In this document: one piece after another, positions 49,021 to 63,706 of the stretch
Layout of the letters: every line of letters starts with the position of its first letter
Numbering within the stretch: the first letter of the stretch is position 1
Source of the DNA: the human T2T-CHM13v2.0 reference genome, Homo sapiens
DNA: 64,000 nt
Reading direction: 5' to 3' (one strand)
Assembly: GCF_009914755.1 (NCBI RefSeq)
Contig: NC_060937.1
Made by a program: the position numbers and the translations under genes
Notes under the pieces: model-generated
Told to the model about the DNA's origin: nothing
Database searches by the model: none
What the model saw: only the letters and a program-made list of their open reading frames with translations

Positions 49021-49983
49021 TATTGATATCATTATTACCTTTTACAGGCAAGGAAACTGAGAATTACAGAGCTTTACATGGAATGATCATCATTAGATGG
49101 TGAATTCACTTGTGAAGCTAGGAGAATTAAGACACATACTGATTTCTAGTCTATGGCCTGCTCCACTGTGTAGCTTCTCTATAAAGCAGCCCTGCCTCCC
49201 TGTTTAGGAGGGAACTGGATTACCAAATTTAGGTATTTATGTATGAAATCCATTTTAGACAGTTCCTAAGTATTTGGTGATTGATTACCTATGACAGATA
49301 CTGCTTTGGAATTCTTACTGATATCTTGTTACCAACTTTTCTTAACTTGGCTGACATAAATTAGAACTTTGAACACTTTCAAATTGTGTTTCAAATTAAC
49401 ACTTAGAAGTCTTTTTACAATTAAATTTTTTTTACTGTTTTATAGGTACACATTTCAAAAAGTTTGTTAAGCTCTGTCTATGCTTGTAGATACATATGCC
49501 AAAAAGTGTATTAAACTCTGAGAAGTGATATAGTCCATTTGTAAAAGGAAGTATTAAAATAATAACTAACCAATGCTTTGGACTAGTTGGGAATAGGGGA
49601 TTTATGTCTGGCTTTGGCAGTTGTATAGTTCTTTGTTAATGTGGAAAGTTTATGGTTGACCATATACATTATGTTCTGTGCATTGTCCTTCTTTGTTGAC
49701 TTTCTTCTCTGTTTTCTACTCTATTCTTTCTCCACCTTCCTCCCCCTTACAGGTAGAGGGTGCAGAGATTGTGATCAGTAGCATGTGGTATATTTCTTCT
49801 TATTACAGAGGCAAATCAGGACAGTGTTCAATGTGAGTAAGGGAGTTTATTCATAGTTGAAAAATTCAATTTAAAAATATCTGATGCCATGTGAAAGACA
49901 CTTTGGTGGGGGAGGGTTAGGTGTTTTTGAAAAGAAAATTATTCTTGGTGGAGGCCGTGGTGGCTGATCATGAAGAAGCTGCA

Positions 49984-50155
49984 GCCATGTGCGGTGGTGC
50001 ATGCCTGTAGTCCCAGCTACCCGGAAGGCTGAGGTGGGAGGATCACTTAAGCCCAGGAGTTTGAGGCTGTAGTGTGTGATCATCATGCCTGTGCATAGCC
50101 ACTGCACTCCAGCCTGGGTGACATAATGAGACCCTGTCTCTAAAAAATAAAAAAA
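49984..50155 (+). mobile_element. FAM/FRAM fossil Alu monomer
   Basis: Single monomer retaining GCCTGTGCATAGCCACTGCACTCC, the 7SL-like segment absent from dimeric Alus. TSD AAGAAGCTGCA at 49973-49983 and 50156-50166. Confidence 0.85.
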
Positions 50156-50834
50156 AAGAAGCTGCAAAGATGACAAAGCTCCAGTCTCCTGGAGCTTACA
50201 GCATATGCCCCCCATCTCCCCTTCTTTCCCAAGCTGAAATGACTGCCATCCTGGAGAGGACCTCTGTCGAGGGCTCAATCTGCTCCTCTTGCGGGGCTTT
50301 TGCTCATTCTTCGGTTCTGAGAGGCTGGCTAGCTAAAGTGAGGACTAAAACAGGACTACATTTTGAGATTGTTCTTTCCAGTAGTAGAGTGGTTAAATAG
50401 TTCCATCAGCTTGTGCATTTCCTTCCTTATCTAGTGAAATACTTTGAAGAACATGATTTTGGACAGTGGTGGGTCTTTCCCTGGGCACATTCTGTAATAT
50501 TTTCTTAATTCTTCATTTCAAGCTACAAGTGAGCCCAAATTCTTGGGAATGGATTAATGACAAAAATACATACTCAGTCTTGTATAATTGTTAAGAATTC
50601 CTTCTTAGCTGTGATTTTTTTTTTCGTGGAAAAGTCTTAGATGCCTAAATTTTATGTCACAGCTAAAACAAGCCATGTGGTGTGCTGATAAGGGTAATTT
50701 AACACCAAGTTAGCACAGGTGACACCATATGTTGCTGATTACTGACTTCTCCTTAAGGGTGTTCTTGAATTTTGTACTTGAAGTGTTTAATGATTTGATT
50801 TCTCCTTTTAAAATTAAGTATGTCTGTGAATAAG

Positions 50835-51204
<370 letters not shown>

Positions 51205-51269
51205 TCAAGCTATGAAAATGAAAGGGTTGTTTTAAAATTTATATGAAGATGTTGAGTGAACCCTGATAT

Positions 51270-51745
51270 ATAGTTTAGATTCTAGATTTTGCTGCAACGA
51301 ACAGAAAACCTGACTCATTCACAATGTCTTAAACAAGTAAACGGTTATTTTCCTTTTATACCAAGAAGTCCAGAGGTGGGCATTCTAGGGTTGGTCAGTG
51401 GCTCAGAGATGCTATCAGAGACCCATGGTGCTGCTGCCTTTCCATTCAGCCATCCTTAGTGATCTTGTCCCTTTGAAGCCTCACGATGGCTGCTCTCCAG
51501 TCAGCATTGCATCTGCTTTCCAGGCAGGAAGGAGGAGAAGGGCAGATGGCAAAAGGCACGTACCAGCTGTGCCTGTTCTCTTTCAAAGAGCTTCCTGGAA
51601 GCTCAGTTCAGTGACTTCCGCTTACATGTCATTAACCAAAACTGTGTCACATTGCCACCCGTAGCTGGAGACAAGGCTGGGAAATGTAGTTTTGGCCGGG
51701 CACGTTGTCACCCTGAACACAATTGGAATTCTGTTGGAAAATATT
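51270..51745 (-). mobile_element. Old MLT1 (J/K-like) LTR
   Basis: GATGGCTGCTCTCCAG...TTCCAGGCAGGAAG...GACTTCCGCTTACATGTCATT...GGCTGGGAAATGTAGT. Confidence 0.65.
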
Positions 51746-52892
51746 TTAAAAAGAATTATGTGTCTGTTGTCTCTAAACTAATGGGACTCAGGAGGAATGA
51801 AATAAATGAACATTTATTGAAAATCTACACTGGGTGTTTTGCTGGGTTCTTTGAGTGCCTTAGCACTCTGAGAGATCATATACACATTGATGTAAAAGAA
51901 TAAAGTAAGCTCAGAGTGCACATAAAGAGGTAAAAACACGGGGTTAATTGTATCCTTTGTGGGTGTGTTCTCTCAATTGATTTATTAAGCTTGGAATTAG
52001 TTTAAAAACTATCTTGAAACCCAGAAATTATAATGGGAAATTGTGACTAATTTAACCATATTCATATGTTGAAAGCCAGCATTCATAAATGAAGAGTTAG
52101 AGAGGATATTTGCAACACAAGTTGAAAAGTCTTAGTATTCATAATAGATTAAAAGCCTCAAATAATATAAAAAAGCTAACCCTATTAAAAAATAAAAAAT
52201 ATGGACAGGTAGATATTTCTCCAAAGACAACATACAGATAGTAAAAAATAAAGTTGGAAACAAATAATTAAATCAGTGCAAATTAAAAAAAAAACACTGA
52301 AACATCATTTTTTGATTCCCAGATTGGTAAATATTTTTTAAAATAGATAATAAGGATCTAAGGAGAAAAGGCACTTTTCATATATTTTGATAGTACTGTT
52401 GATACCATCACTTTGAAGAACAGTTTGGCAGTACCTGTCGATGTGAAATATACACACCCTTTGATTGTTTAACAAAGGCCGTTTAAACAGGCCCACTTAT
52501 TGGGACAAATTTTACTTCTTGGGATAAATCATGCATTGCAATTAAATAAAAATGTGGAATAAGCTGAAATGTCCATCAGTAGGGACATGGTTAAATAAAT
52601 TATGTTATGACCATACAATACAATTATTAACTAGAAAGCTGTTAAGTAACGACTTTGCAAAGTAATATGTATACTCTTTTTGTGACACCATGTCTCTTTC
52701 TTTTAAAAAAAATCTATGTATGCATATAAAGGAATCAAGGTAAGAGATTTGGTTATTTTTTACTTTTTATACTTAGGGGTTTGAATTTTTTGCTAGGTGA
52801 ATTATTCTGTGTGTGTGTTTTGCAAGGATGGATTTCTATTTTTTAACCAGTAATGACTTTTTAAAAAGCAGAATATTCGAAAATAAAAGAAC

Positions 52893-53183
52893 AGGCCACA
52901 TGTGGTGGTTTTTGCCTGTAATCCCAGCTCTTTGGGAGGCCCAGGCAGGAGGATCACTTGAGCCCAGAAGTTCGGGACCAGCCTAATCAACATAGTGAGA
53001 CCTCATCTTTATAAAGACATTAGTCGAGCTCAGTAGTGCATGTTCCTAGTCCCAGCTACTGGGCGGACTGAGGTGGGGGGATTGCTTGAACCCAGGAGGT
53101 CGAGGCTGCAGTGAATTGTGATTGTATCACTGCGCTCCAGCCTGGGCAACAGAATAAGACCCTGTCTCAATGTGAATAAATAA
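52893..53183 (+). mobile_element. AluJ
   Basis: Diverged dimer with GGATCACTTGAGCCCAG and GAGGTCGAGGCTGCAGTG. Confidence 0.87.
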
Positions 53184-54271
53184 GATACTGTATAAATTCA
53201 TGATTCTCATAATGCCAAAATTCAGATAGCGATTTTTATGACTTGTTTTCTGGGAGAGGTTGGGGAGCAAATGATATGGCGGGGAGAAAGTCTGGAATAA
53301 TGAACAATCTGAATTCTAGAATATTGGAAAAGAAATGCTGTCTTCTTTTTTTCAATTACCTAGTACTCACCTGCATCAGTCAGGATAGGCTAGGTTAAAT
53401 TGCAATAACAGGTAACTCTTAAATCTCAGAGGCTTTTAACCCAAAGATTTATTTCTCACTCATGGTCGTTGATTCTTGAGAGTTCTGTGTGATAGGCTAA
53501 CTGAGGCTCTACCAACTTGAGCATTTCCACTCACCATGATAGGGGAAAAGATTTGGCAGGTCCTGCACTGGCTTTTAAAGACTTCTGTCACCCAGAAGTG
53601 ACACACGTTTCTTCCACTTATTCTTCATCAAAGTTAGTCGCATGGTCGTGGCTAAATTTAAGGAGGCTGGAAAGTGCTATCCTATCGTGTGCTTAGAAGG
53701 AGGAGAATCAGAATATTTGGTGACACTTCAACAGGGTACTATGAGATGAGTTACCATATGTAAAGCTTTTAGAATAGTGCCTGGCACATAGTTCTAAGTG
53801 TTTTTATTTTTAGAGATACAGTCACTTACACCAAGCTAGAAGAATTTCTTAAGAAATACGTAAGAAATGGTTTTCTATTTATTAAATCAAAAGATATTTG
53901 TTGAGTTCATGTCATTGTGACAAAGCTGTGAAAGATAAAATGATTCGTATATATTTAGGAGAGATTTTGTGAAAACTTTTCTTAAATTTTTTGAAAATCT
54001 CCCCCACCTCTCAAACATGTTTATTCCAATTTTATAAAGGAAATTTCTGTGGAATTTTGGTGTGCTTATACAAAACTCTTAGTGTTAACTCTAACAGAAC
54101 TCTAACTTAATCTATTTAATAAGAATTCCTATTTCTGTTAGCCATCAGATGTGTTTAACAGCAGTAACTCCTTAGGTCTGCTTCTAGGTTTGGCTGAGTG
54201 GGAAGTTTCATTCCATTATGAGAAAGGAAATCTTTTTAGATCCTTTATATATGAAGTCCAAGTACAGAATT

Positions 54272-54375
54272 CTTTTTCTTTTTTTTTTTGAGATGTAGTC
54301 TTGCTTTGTTGCCCAGGCTGGAGTGTAGTGGCGTGATCTCAGCTCACTGCAACCTCTGCCTCCTGGGTTCAAGCG
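54272..54375 (-). mobile_element. 5'-truncated AluS (right-arm end)
   Basis: Poly-T plus ~90 nt ending GGGTTCAAGCG. TSD AGAATTCTTTT. Confidence 0.87.
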
Positions 54376-56102
54376 AGAATTCTTTTCTTATTATGATGTT
54401 CATCATTCAGTACAAAGTTGTCCTCATCTGGACATCATGAAGTCATTCCTCCCTCTCTTATCTTCTTTTCCCCCATAATCCTCTGTTTTTTCATCCTTAA
54501 CTGTCCTCAAGGACTCAACTCTTGACTGTAAGTTTCATTGTGTTTTCCCATAAATGAGCAGATTTTTCAGGCCTTCAGATTCCTTAGGGTGGAACATCTG
54601 TAAGACAAACAAACCTTTCATCTGCAATCCAGGAGGAGGTGGAAAATTCCTTCTGAGACTTTAGTAAAATGGTGAGTTAAATCTCAAGAAATTTCAAGTC
54701 ATATGTCCACAGCCTGCTTTATTTGAGATGCGGGCTAACATTCTAGGCCTTGAATTTTCCACACTTGTTTGATTTATTGGTTTTATTTTTCTTTAGCCAT
54801 TGACTGCAAAAAGCTAAGTCATTTTCATATTTAAAGAAATTCATTTACAAAAGATAAAGCTGCCCATTTGTTTCTATTTACTGTTAATTTCAGCCATCAT
54901 TATTCAGCAGCCTTGGTCTAACTATAGATACTAACATCTAGTTAAGAGAGCCATCACACCTTTTTTGATGTAGACGTACACATTAATGCCCAAATTTGAG
55001 ATACCTGTTAAGTACAAGTGACAAGCATTCTATTTATTCAATACAATTTTATGTCATTATCTTCAGGCCCCCTGTTGTTAGCACTACATTTTGGCAGCAC
55101 TACCTGAAGCATATTAGTATCAACACTTCTTTAAGAGAGTACAGGAGAGAGAATTTGTATTTTTTTGAGCACTGACTATGTGCCAGTGCCATGTTATGAC
55201 ATACCTTGTTAGAAGTTTGCTTTAGGCTCACAGATGGCCTCATTTCTCCTACTAGTAGCAATGATATTGATAATAAATGGAGAATTGACAGTTTGGTGCT
55301 TTGTCTTTCTCTGCTAGCTTCTGAGCCTGTTGAGTGCAGGGATTGTATCTTGTTCTGTGTATCCACAGTGGTGTGGCACAATGTGTTATTAATAAAATTA
55401 GTTAATGAATGCCTGTGTATGTGGATGAATAAGTGCACAAATGAGTGGACATAGAATCAGTTATACCACCTGGTCCCTTATCTGGATAACTTTATAATTA
55501 ATGAATCTTGAAAATGATTAGTGAGTGTTAAAGGGTTTCCTAATTTATAGAGTATAATGCAGCTTGCCTACCTTGTATAAGGTGAGCCTACCTCTTCCTG
55601 TCACTCATGACACCACTGCAAACCCTCATTGCTATTATGTTGCATCACGGCCTGTGGCTAATTAACCTATATTCTCACAGATTGTTGCTGGGAATTTCTC
55701 TGAACACAGAACATCTCAGTTCTAGAAGATGGGAGGTCTGCCAATGCAAAACAATAAAGGCTTAGAGTCCTTCTCCCTGCCTTTTGCCATTGTGAATAGT
55801 GGAGGAGGGTGTGTTGAAGAGAGAATGGGCAGTACCACATACCTTTCATCAAGCAGCAATCACAAGACTGCTGGAGCTCATCCACCTTTGCTAAGGCTAG
55901 GGAAGTGAACCAAATCTGTGATCCCCTTTGCTGCTCTGAAAATGCTATTACTCTAATGGTGAGCTGCAGAGCTCCAAGTAGGAAAAGCAGATTGTGTGCC
56001 TCACTGTCTTTCTTTGATTTTCTCTCACATCTATGTCTTTTCTATTATTCTTCATAAGACCTACTTCCTCCATCTTCAAAAACAGGCAAATAAAGAACTC
56101 GA

Positions 56103-56390
56103 GGCTGCATGTGGTGGCTCACGCCTGTAATCCCAATACTTTGGGAGGCTGAGGCGGGCAGACTGCTTGAGCCCAGGAGTTTGAGACCAGCTTGGGCAAC
56201 ATGGTAAGACCCTGTCTGTAACAAAAAATACAACAACAACAAAAAATTAGCTGGGCATGGTGGTGCACGCCTGTGGTCCCAGTGAGGCAAGGAGATCAAG
56301 GTTGCAGTGAGCTGTGATCACACCACTATACTCCAGCCTGGGCAACAGAGCCAGACACTATCTCCAAAAAAAAAAAAACAAAAAACAAAA
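56103..56390 (+). mobile_element. AluJb-like with internal right-arm deletion
   Basis: TGGTCCCAG joins directly to TGAGGCAAGGAGATCAAGGTTGCAGTGAG. Confidence 0.85.
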
Positions 56391-56572
56391 AGCCTCCAGA
56401 AGGTATCAGAAGATATTTCCATCCCCTATTTAAATTTAGATAATGAAAACTAGGACTTTCAGATACAACTGGGGACTATTTTCCTCATTCTATCTCATAT
56501 GTGAGCAATTAAAATAAGGGTCAGAACAAACAATGGTTATTTATGGAGCATGCAGGCAAAGAAAATAAGTCC

Positions 56573-56938
56573 TGTTAAAAGAAAAACTTTAGACAAATTA
56601 AACAGAGCTTAGATGAGCAAGGAATGATTCATGAATTGGGTAGTCCCCAGAACCAGAATAGGTTCAGAATGACTCTAGAGCTGCCACATGGTCAGATAAC
56701 ATTTATGGACAGAAAAAGGAAAGTGATGGATAGAAACAGAAGTGAGGTACAGAAACAGCTGGATTGGTTACAGCTGGGCGTTTGCCTTATTTGAACCTGC
56801 CTTGCATAGTTGGCTGCCTATAGTTGGCTGAGACTCGCCTACTTGTTCATCAGGTTAGGTTATTGTTCCCTATGTATGGAGAAACCTTTAGGCCTAACTT
56901 AAAGTATGTATGGAGGCAGCTTTAGATCAAACTTAATA
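56573..56938 (-). mobile_element. MER57-family ERV1 solo LTR
   Basis: Reverse strand AAAGCTGCCTCC...GGCCTAAAGGTTTCTCC...AAATAAGGCAAACGCCCAGCTGTAACCAATCCAGCTGTTTCTGTACCTCACTTC...TTTTAACA. Perfect 4-bp TSD GTCC. Confidence 0.87.
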
Positions 56939-57982
56939 GTCCTTCTTTTCTAATAATCTGGGCTGATCCTCCTTATAAGCCCCTTGCCAGTACAGAAATA
57001 CAGGAGGGGAGGCAGCGCCCAAATCTGGTTCCACCCAGTAAAATTAGTCTGATGCAACAATTTAATAACTTTTAGATAAATGTTCCTTTTAAAAAACGTA
57101 AAATGCTATGCTTCTCATATTTCCTCACTAAGATGGCATCTGGGTGGGGGTGGGTGGGTTGGGAGACTGTGTGGGTGGATGGAATCCATAGACCCCCATG
57201 GAGTGACCTCAGGTCCTTTTTGGCTCTGCCATGGAACAGCTGCTCTGGCCTGTTGCCTGGACTGGAGATGGCTGAGGACGGCATCCCTCCCTGGTGTCCT
57301 CTGTTGAAGACTGTGGCGGGTCCTTGCCTGTCTTTGCTTGGCCATGCCTGGTGGTGCTCTGGCGGGCTCCACTTCACTTCATCTCTCATGGCATGATTCC
57401 CCTCTGGGTCTCTGTCTTATCCTTCATCCTGCTCTTGCCCTAGTGGTCCCTGAAACCTTTGTAGTGGCATTATCTCTCCCGTACCACTGTGGGCTCTCAA
57501 CCCATCCCAGCCCGTCTGCACCTGCTCACTCCCATCCACCTCTATCCAGACAGGATTTTTCTGGGTCTGTGTAAACAAAAGTCAGGGCCACAGAGGAAGG
57601 ATACACTCTAGCCATTGTTCTCTCTGACTTTGCTGTAGCACTGAGTTTTCTTTGATGTAGCTGAGCCGGGGATGGTGTGATGTGGCCTGTGAGGCAGTCT
57701 TTCCCCAGAATCCTAAATGGGAAGTGTGGCAGAACCCCTTACATGTCAATATTTCTCTCACCCGGTCAGCACTGCTTCCAAGAGGGAAGTCGGACGCACT
57801 CATCTCATCCACTTCCTCTCTTGCCTCTGGCTCTCCTCCTATCTCCCGTTTTCCTCTGTTCCAGGCTTTCCCTCTGTCCTCATCCTGTCAGAATAGTACT
57901 GCCTGCCCTTACACACAATATATAAAACTCTGCCATCAAGTCCTGTTGTTTTTAATATGTTTATTGATGTGAAAGGGATTTA

Positions 57983-58449
<467 letters not shown>

Positions 58450-59716
58450 GAAAATACTCTCTTCATTAAATCTAGAGGAATTAAAGGGGTATCAGTTACC
58501 TGGGAAAGCAGACTTTGATGCAGTTGAGACTATTTTGAATTGAAGATTCTTATGGACTTCATGTCCTAAACAGAGTTGCAAATAATAAAGTGGCGACTGC
58601 CTCACCTCTCTGAAAGTTTTAAAGAATGCAATGTGATACTGGCCAGATTCGTCCTTTTGGGTTCCCTCAGGCCTAAATGGCAGTCAGCATCAGAAAAAAT
58701 GCAGTTAAGATTAGACTGGTTCTGGAGCAGCCATGTGGTACTAATGACTCTAAAACTTGGGTGGAGGGTTGAAAAAAAAGAACTGAAGTATTATGAGAAA
58801 CAGTCCCTGTTTCTCCCATTATTGCAGTGGGACTTTCTGTCTTTAATTCAATTAAAAATCACAGCTCCATCCTTTTTTCTTAAATTTTTTTAAGCTTTTT
58901 TTGCTCAATGTAGCTTGATGTAGAAAGATGAGTGTGTGTGTGAGAGAGAGAAGGGAGGCGGGAAAGATGGATTGTTTAGTTTCATCTTCAACATTATATT
59001 TTGGGTTTATAAAATTGCACTGAAATTGGAGGTCGTTATTAGTTCTCTTTTCACTAAAGCACAGGATTAATGCGAAGCACATTTGTGCTGTGATTGCTGC
59101 AGGAGGCCATGTGCCAACCGTGCTAAGCTTTGCAATATTTGTATTCCTGAAGATGATATTTGAATTTTAAAAGAATGTTTAAGTGGAGCAGTTGACATTC
59201 CTCTCTCTCCCCCCCTCCTTTTTTTTGAGTCCCTTCTCCTTTAGTTAATTTCTCTTTGTTTTTATTATTGTTTTTTATTTTAGCCTTGTGAATCTGTCCA
59301 AATATTTATAAGCCCACATACATTTCTTTGTAGCCACTGTCTCCTGTGGTGACCCACAGGTGAGTAAATGACTGTTCTTTACTTGGGCAGCAACACACAT
59401 TCACAGCATTTTCTAGACCATTGGCTCTTTCTCTAATTGCATTAACCATCTCAGATACAGCTGAAGCAGTTTATAAGTTTCAAATTCTGAGCCTGGTGGA
59501 GGGCAGATTCCCTCTGTAAAATGAAAATGAACCAGGAGGCAGTTTAGGATAACATTCATGCATTTGTTCATTTATTAAACATTTATTAACAGTATGCCTG
59601 GCATTATGCTGGGTTGAAAGCATAAAAACACAGGATACACATAACTGTTCTCAAAAAGTTCACAATTCAGTCAGGGAGGTAGGTAAGTAAATAGTTACAG
59701 TAGAGTAGGGGAAAAT

Positions 59717-60251
<535 letters not shown>

Positions 60252-61389
60252 AGTAAGAGCAATATGACTGGAAAGATGAAAAGGAGGCTGGAGGAGGAGT
60301 GGGGAGAACGACAGGGATGTGAAAGAACAGTGTGCCTTACTTTCCTCATGTATAAAATGGGCATGAGTTTAGCACCTAATTCATAGCAGTTGTGAGGATT
60401 CAGTGAGTTAATTCAGGGTCCTGGATTACTGCCTAAGGTAAGAGTTCCATTAAAAAAAAAATCTCCATTTTTTAAATAACCAGTTGTGACTATACTTGGT
60501 TATAGTTGCTGATTTTTTGTGTTGTGTTTTTTACAAGTAGCCTCTCAACAGATGTTTGTGGTTTAATCTTTCAGACCTCATCATTCTATCAGTCAGTACC
60601 ATCTATCTCTCCAGTGCACCACGTGTCAGAATGCACATCCTGTGAACATTGGGAAGCTACCTCGTTTCCAACTTTTTCTCATTCCCATAAGAAATTTTGG
60701 TTATTCTGTGGTTCCTGTCCTTCTAATTTTGTGGTCATTTCTTTTCTTCCACAACAGGCAGTTTTTACAGAGTTTTTTTTTTTTTTTAAAGGAATAGGCA
60801 CTTTTTTTAACCTATAGAAGTTATTTCTTCTGTGTCTCCACACCATCCCTGCCCTGCACACCAAGCTTTTAAAACAAAGAGGCAGAATAAAGAAACATAA
60901 CTAGCCGTGTTCCCAGTTTTGCTCAGCATTCCTTTAAAGAGCTGTCTTGGAAGTGATTGACCCCTATTTTAAGATAATAAAGGATGACGAATTAGAGAAA
61001 GGACCAGGTTGGGAGAAACCTGTATACGGTGAAATTGATTCATTTAATCAGAGGCTACTCAAGGCATACACTTTTTCTTGGGGCAGTTTGGACAGATTAC
61101 TGCTGGATTCTGATAGAGTCTGAACTTGCTGAAAGCGGGAGTTCAGATTTGATTCAATGTATTCTAACCCTATGTCTCAGGTCTTAACTGATTATTTATA
61201 GTTAAATAATCAGTTTATTTAACTGCCCCCAAGAACTGTGGTGCTAGCTATTGCTCCTGCACTTTTTCCACCCCTGATTTGCTTTTTCCTGTTCCATTCA
61301 TTGCTGGAAGTGGCAAGAGTCTTGTGTGTTGAGTTCTTGATATGACTGTATTATCAGACCACTTTCACTCTGCTAATTTTACTTTAATT

Positions 61390-62160
61390 CACCATGTGTT
61401 CAACAACTGTTAGTTGAGCCCCTGACTCTGCACCAGGCACTATTCTAGGCATGGGCTAATATTAGTAAACAAACAAAGATCCCTGCCACCATGGAGCTTA
61501 TGTTCTTGGGGGGAAAATACGTAATAAGCAATGATCATGATTGATAAGCCTATGTTAGAAAGTGATAAGCACTGTGGACACAAATACAGATCGGGGTAAA
61601 GGACTGAGAATGTAGGTATGAGTTGGGGAGGAGGTGAAGTTTTTCCTTTTAAAAAAGGAATGGCTAGAGCACTTCTCACAGAGGCAACATCTGAGCAAAG
61701 ATCTGAAGGAGGTTGGGGGGTTTGCTCTGGGGCTATTTGGACATGACTCTTCTTGGCTGAGGGAACAGCCAGTGCAAAGGCAGGAACGTCCCTGGTTTTC
61801 AGCAGGCCAGTGTGTCTGGGAGGAAGTGAGAGAAAGGAGAGTATTAGGAGGCAAGATTAGGGGGATGTCACAAGACAAAAAGTGTTGTAGGCCACGGTGA
61901 AGATTTAGTCTTTTGCTCTAGTAAAATGGGGAGCCACTGCAGAGTTTTGAGCAGATCAAGATTGGGATTTCACTCATTTTGGTAGTATCAACTGACTGTT
62001 GTGTGACAGCTAACTAGGTGCAGGGTGGGGTGGGTGAGGCCAGAGGCTGGAGGACCAGTTAGGAGGACATTGCAGTAGGAGACGTAAAAGTGGCTGTGAC
62101 CAAGGTGATGTGATGGTGGCCAGGGTGGTAAGAGGTGGTAAGGTCTGGATATACTTTAAT
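61390..62160 (-). mobile_element. L2 fragment
   Basis: TTCAACAACTGTTAGTTGAGC...CCAGGCACTATTCTAGGC...TCCCTGCCACCATGGAGCTTA...GGGAGCCACTGCAGAGTTTTGAGCAG. Confidence 0.78.
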
Positions 62161-63169
62161 AGTTATTTCATAATTCAGACTTGGCTTGGTATTTCTGGTT
62201 AAGTACATCTGATTGGACAACACTTAAGCCAGAGACATTTCTAGTATCTGCATGGTTTCCTCCTCACTTAAGAGTGCATGTGCCCAGCATTTGTGTGTGT
62301 AAATGTTTGCACTGTAACGCTCCTGTTCATCAGTTTTAGTTTGTTCTGTTTTAAGGTGGGAAGGAATGTAGCTATCCTTTAGCCTTAACTAGTAATAAAA
62401 GAGAAAAGGTAAATCTGTTCATCTTAAAAGTAATATATCCTTTAAAAAACAAATTGATATTTTGCTTTGTTTCCTCCCATCCCAAGGCAACCATCACTAA
62501 AATTCGGTACCCATTCTTAATAAGAGTCCATTAAAAATCCTCCTCAATTCAGAGGGTTTCAGAAATTCGATACAAAGGTGGCAGTCATGTATAGAATAAG
62601 TATCTCTGAACTTGAAAGCTAAGCAAAAATATTACTGAGGCCAACTGAAATCCTATGGAATTCAGCCAAGATTTAACCAGTCCAGAGCACTGCCAACACT
62701 GGCTGAGGGCGGAATGCTGACGGGGCAAGGATGAGGCGCAGCCAGGACTTCGAAAAGGAAGCTGATATCAATGGAGGGAATTTTTCATCTGATGCAGCAT
62801 TTCATATACTTAACACTCCAGTGAGTTCCTCCTGTTAGATTGTTTTAATGTTGTCATGCATTGTTTATATATTTATAAATAAGCCCAGGTAACAATTTTT
62901 CATGCACCCTCTGGTCATAGTTGGGTGGCCCGGAGCACCCTGGCAGCCAAGCATGGCCTGCTGGCTGGTACACCAGTGGCCTGACAGCACAGATCTGAAG
63001 GAGGACAGATGCAGAAGGGGAAAGAATGTTTCACATTTCACTTGAAATCCTGAACTCTTAAATAAATGAGGAAATGAGGGAATGAGGCCCAAGCTTGTCT
63101 TTAGAACATACATTCTTCAACAATAAGACCTGGATCTCTTTCCATTTTCTATAAATACTTGAGGCAGCA

Positions 63170-63420
63170 TTTGTACAATAGAAAGAAGATAGGGTTTGGA
63201 GTGAGACTGGGCTGGTTGAAATTCAAGTATCTCTTTCTGCTCTCTGTGAGGCCTGAACAACTTAACCTCCTAAGCCTCCATTCCCTTCTCTGTAAAAGAA
63301 GTTTTTAAAATATCTGCTTACCAGAGGTGTTCTAAGGATTATACCAACATACACAAAAATATAGGAACATACACAAAATACAGGAAGCACCTTCCATAGC
63401 ACAAGGCTCAGTAATAGCTC
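63170..63420 (+). mobile_element. MIR
   Basis: CTTAACCTCCTAAGCCTCCATTCCCTTCTCTGTAAAA core. Confidence 0.6.
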
Positions 63421-63706
63421 CTTTCTCTTTCTCCACCAGTGAGGTTCACTCCATAAATTTTGATGGATGATTAACAGGTATTTATAGTTTGTTCAATTTT
63501 GTATATCAAATATAATTAACAAGTTGTGTGATTAGTGTGGCAGGGGCTAAAAAAAATGAAACACATCTAATATAAATTTTTATTTTAGCATGCTTTTGTT
63601 TACTATTTGGTGTTTATAAATTCCTCTCTTCAGTGTTTCATATCACATTACTAGAGACAACCACAATAATAAAAAGAGGCAGAGATTAATTTCCATTCCT
63701 TGTAGA

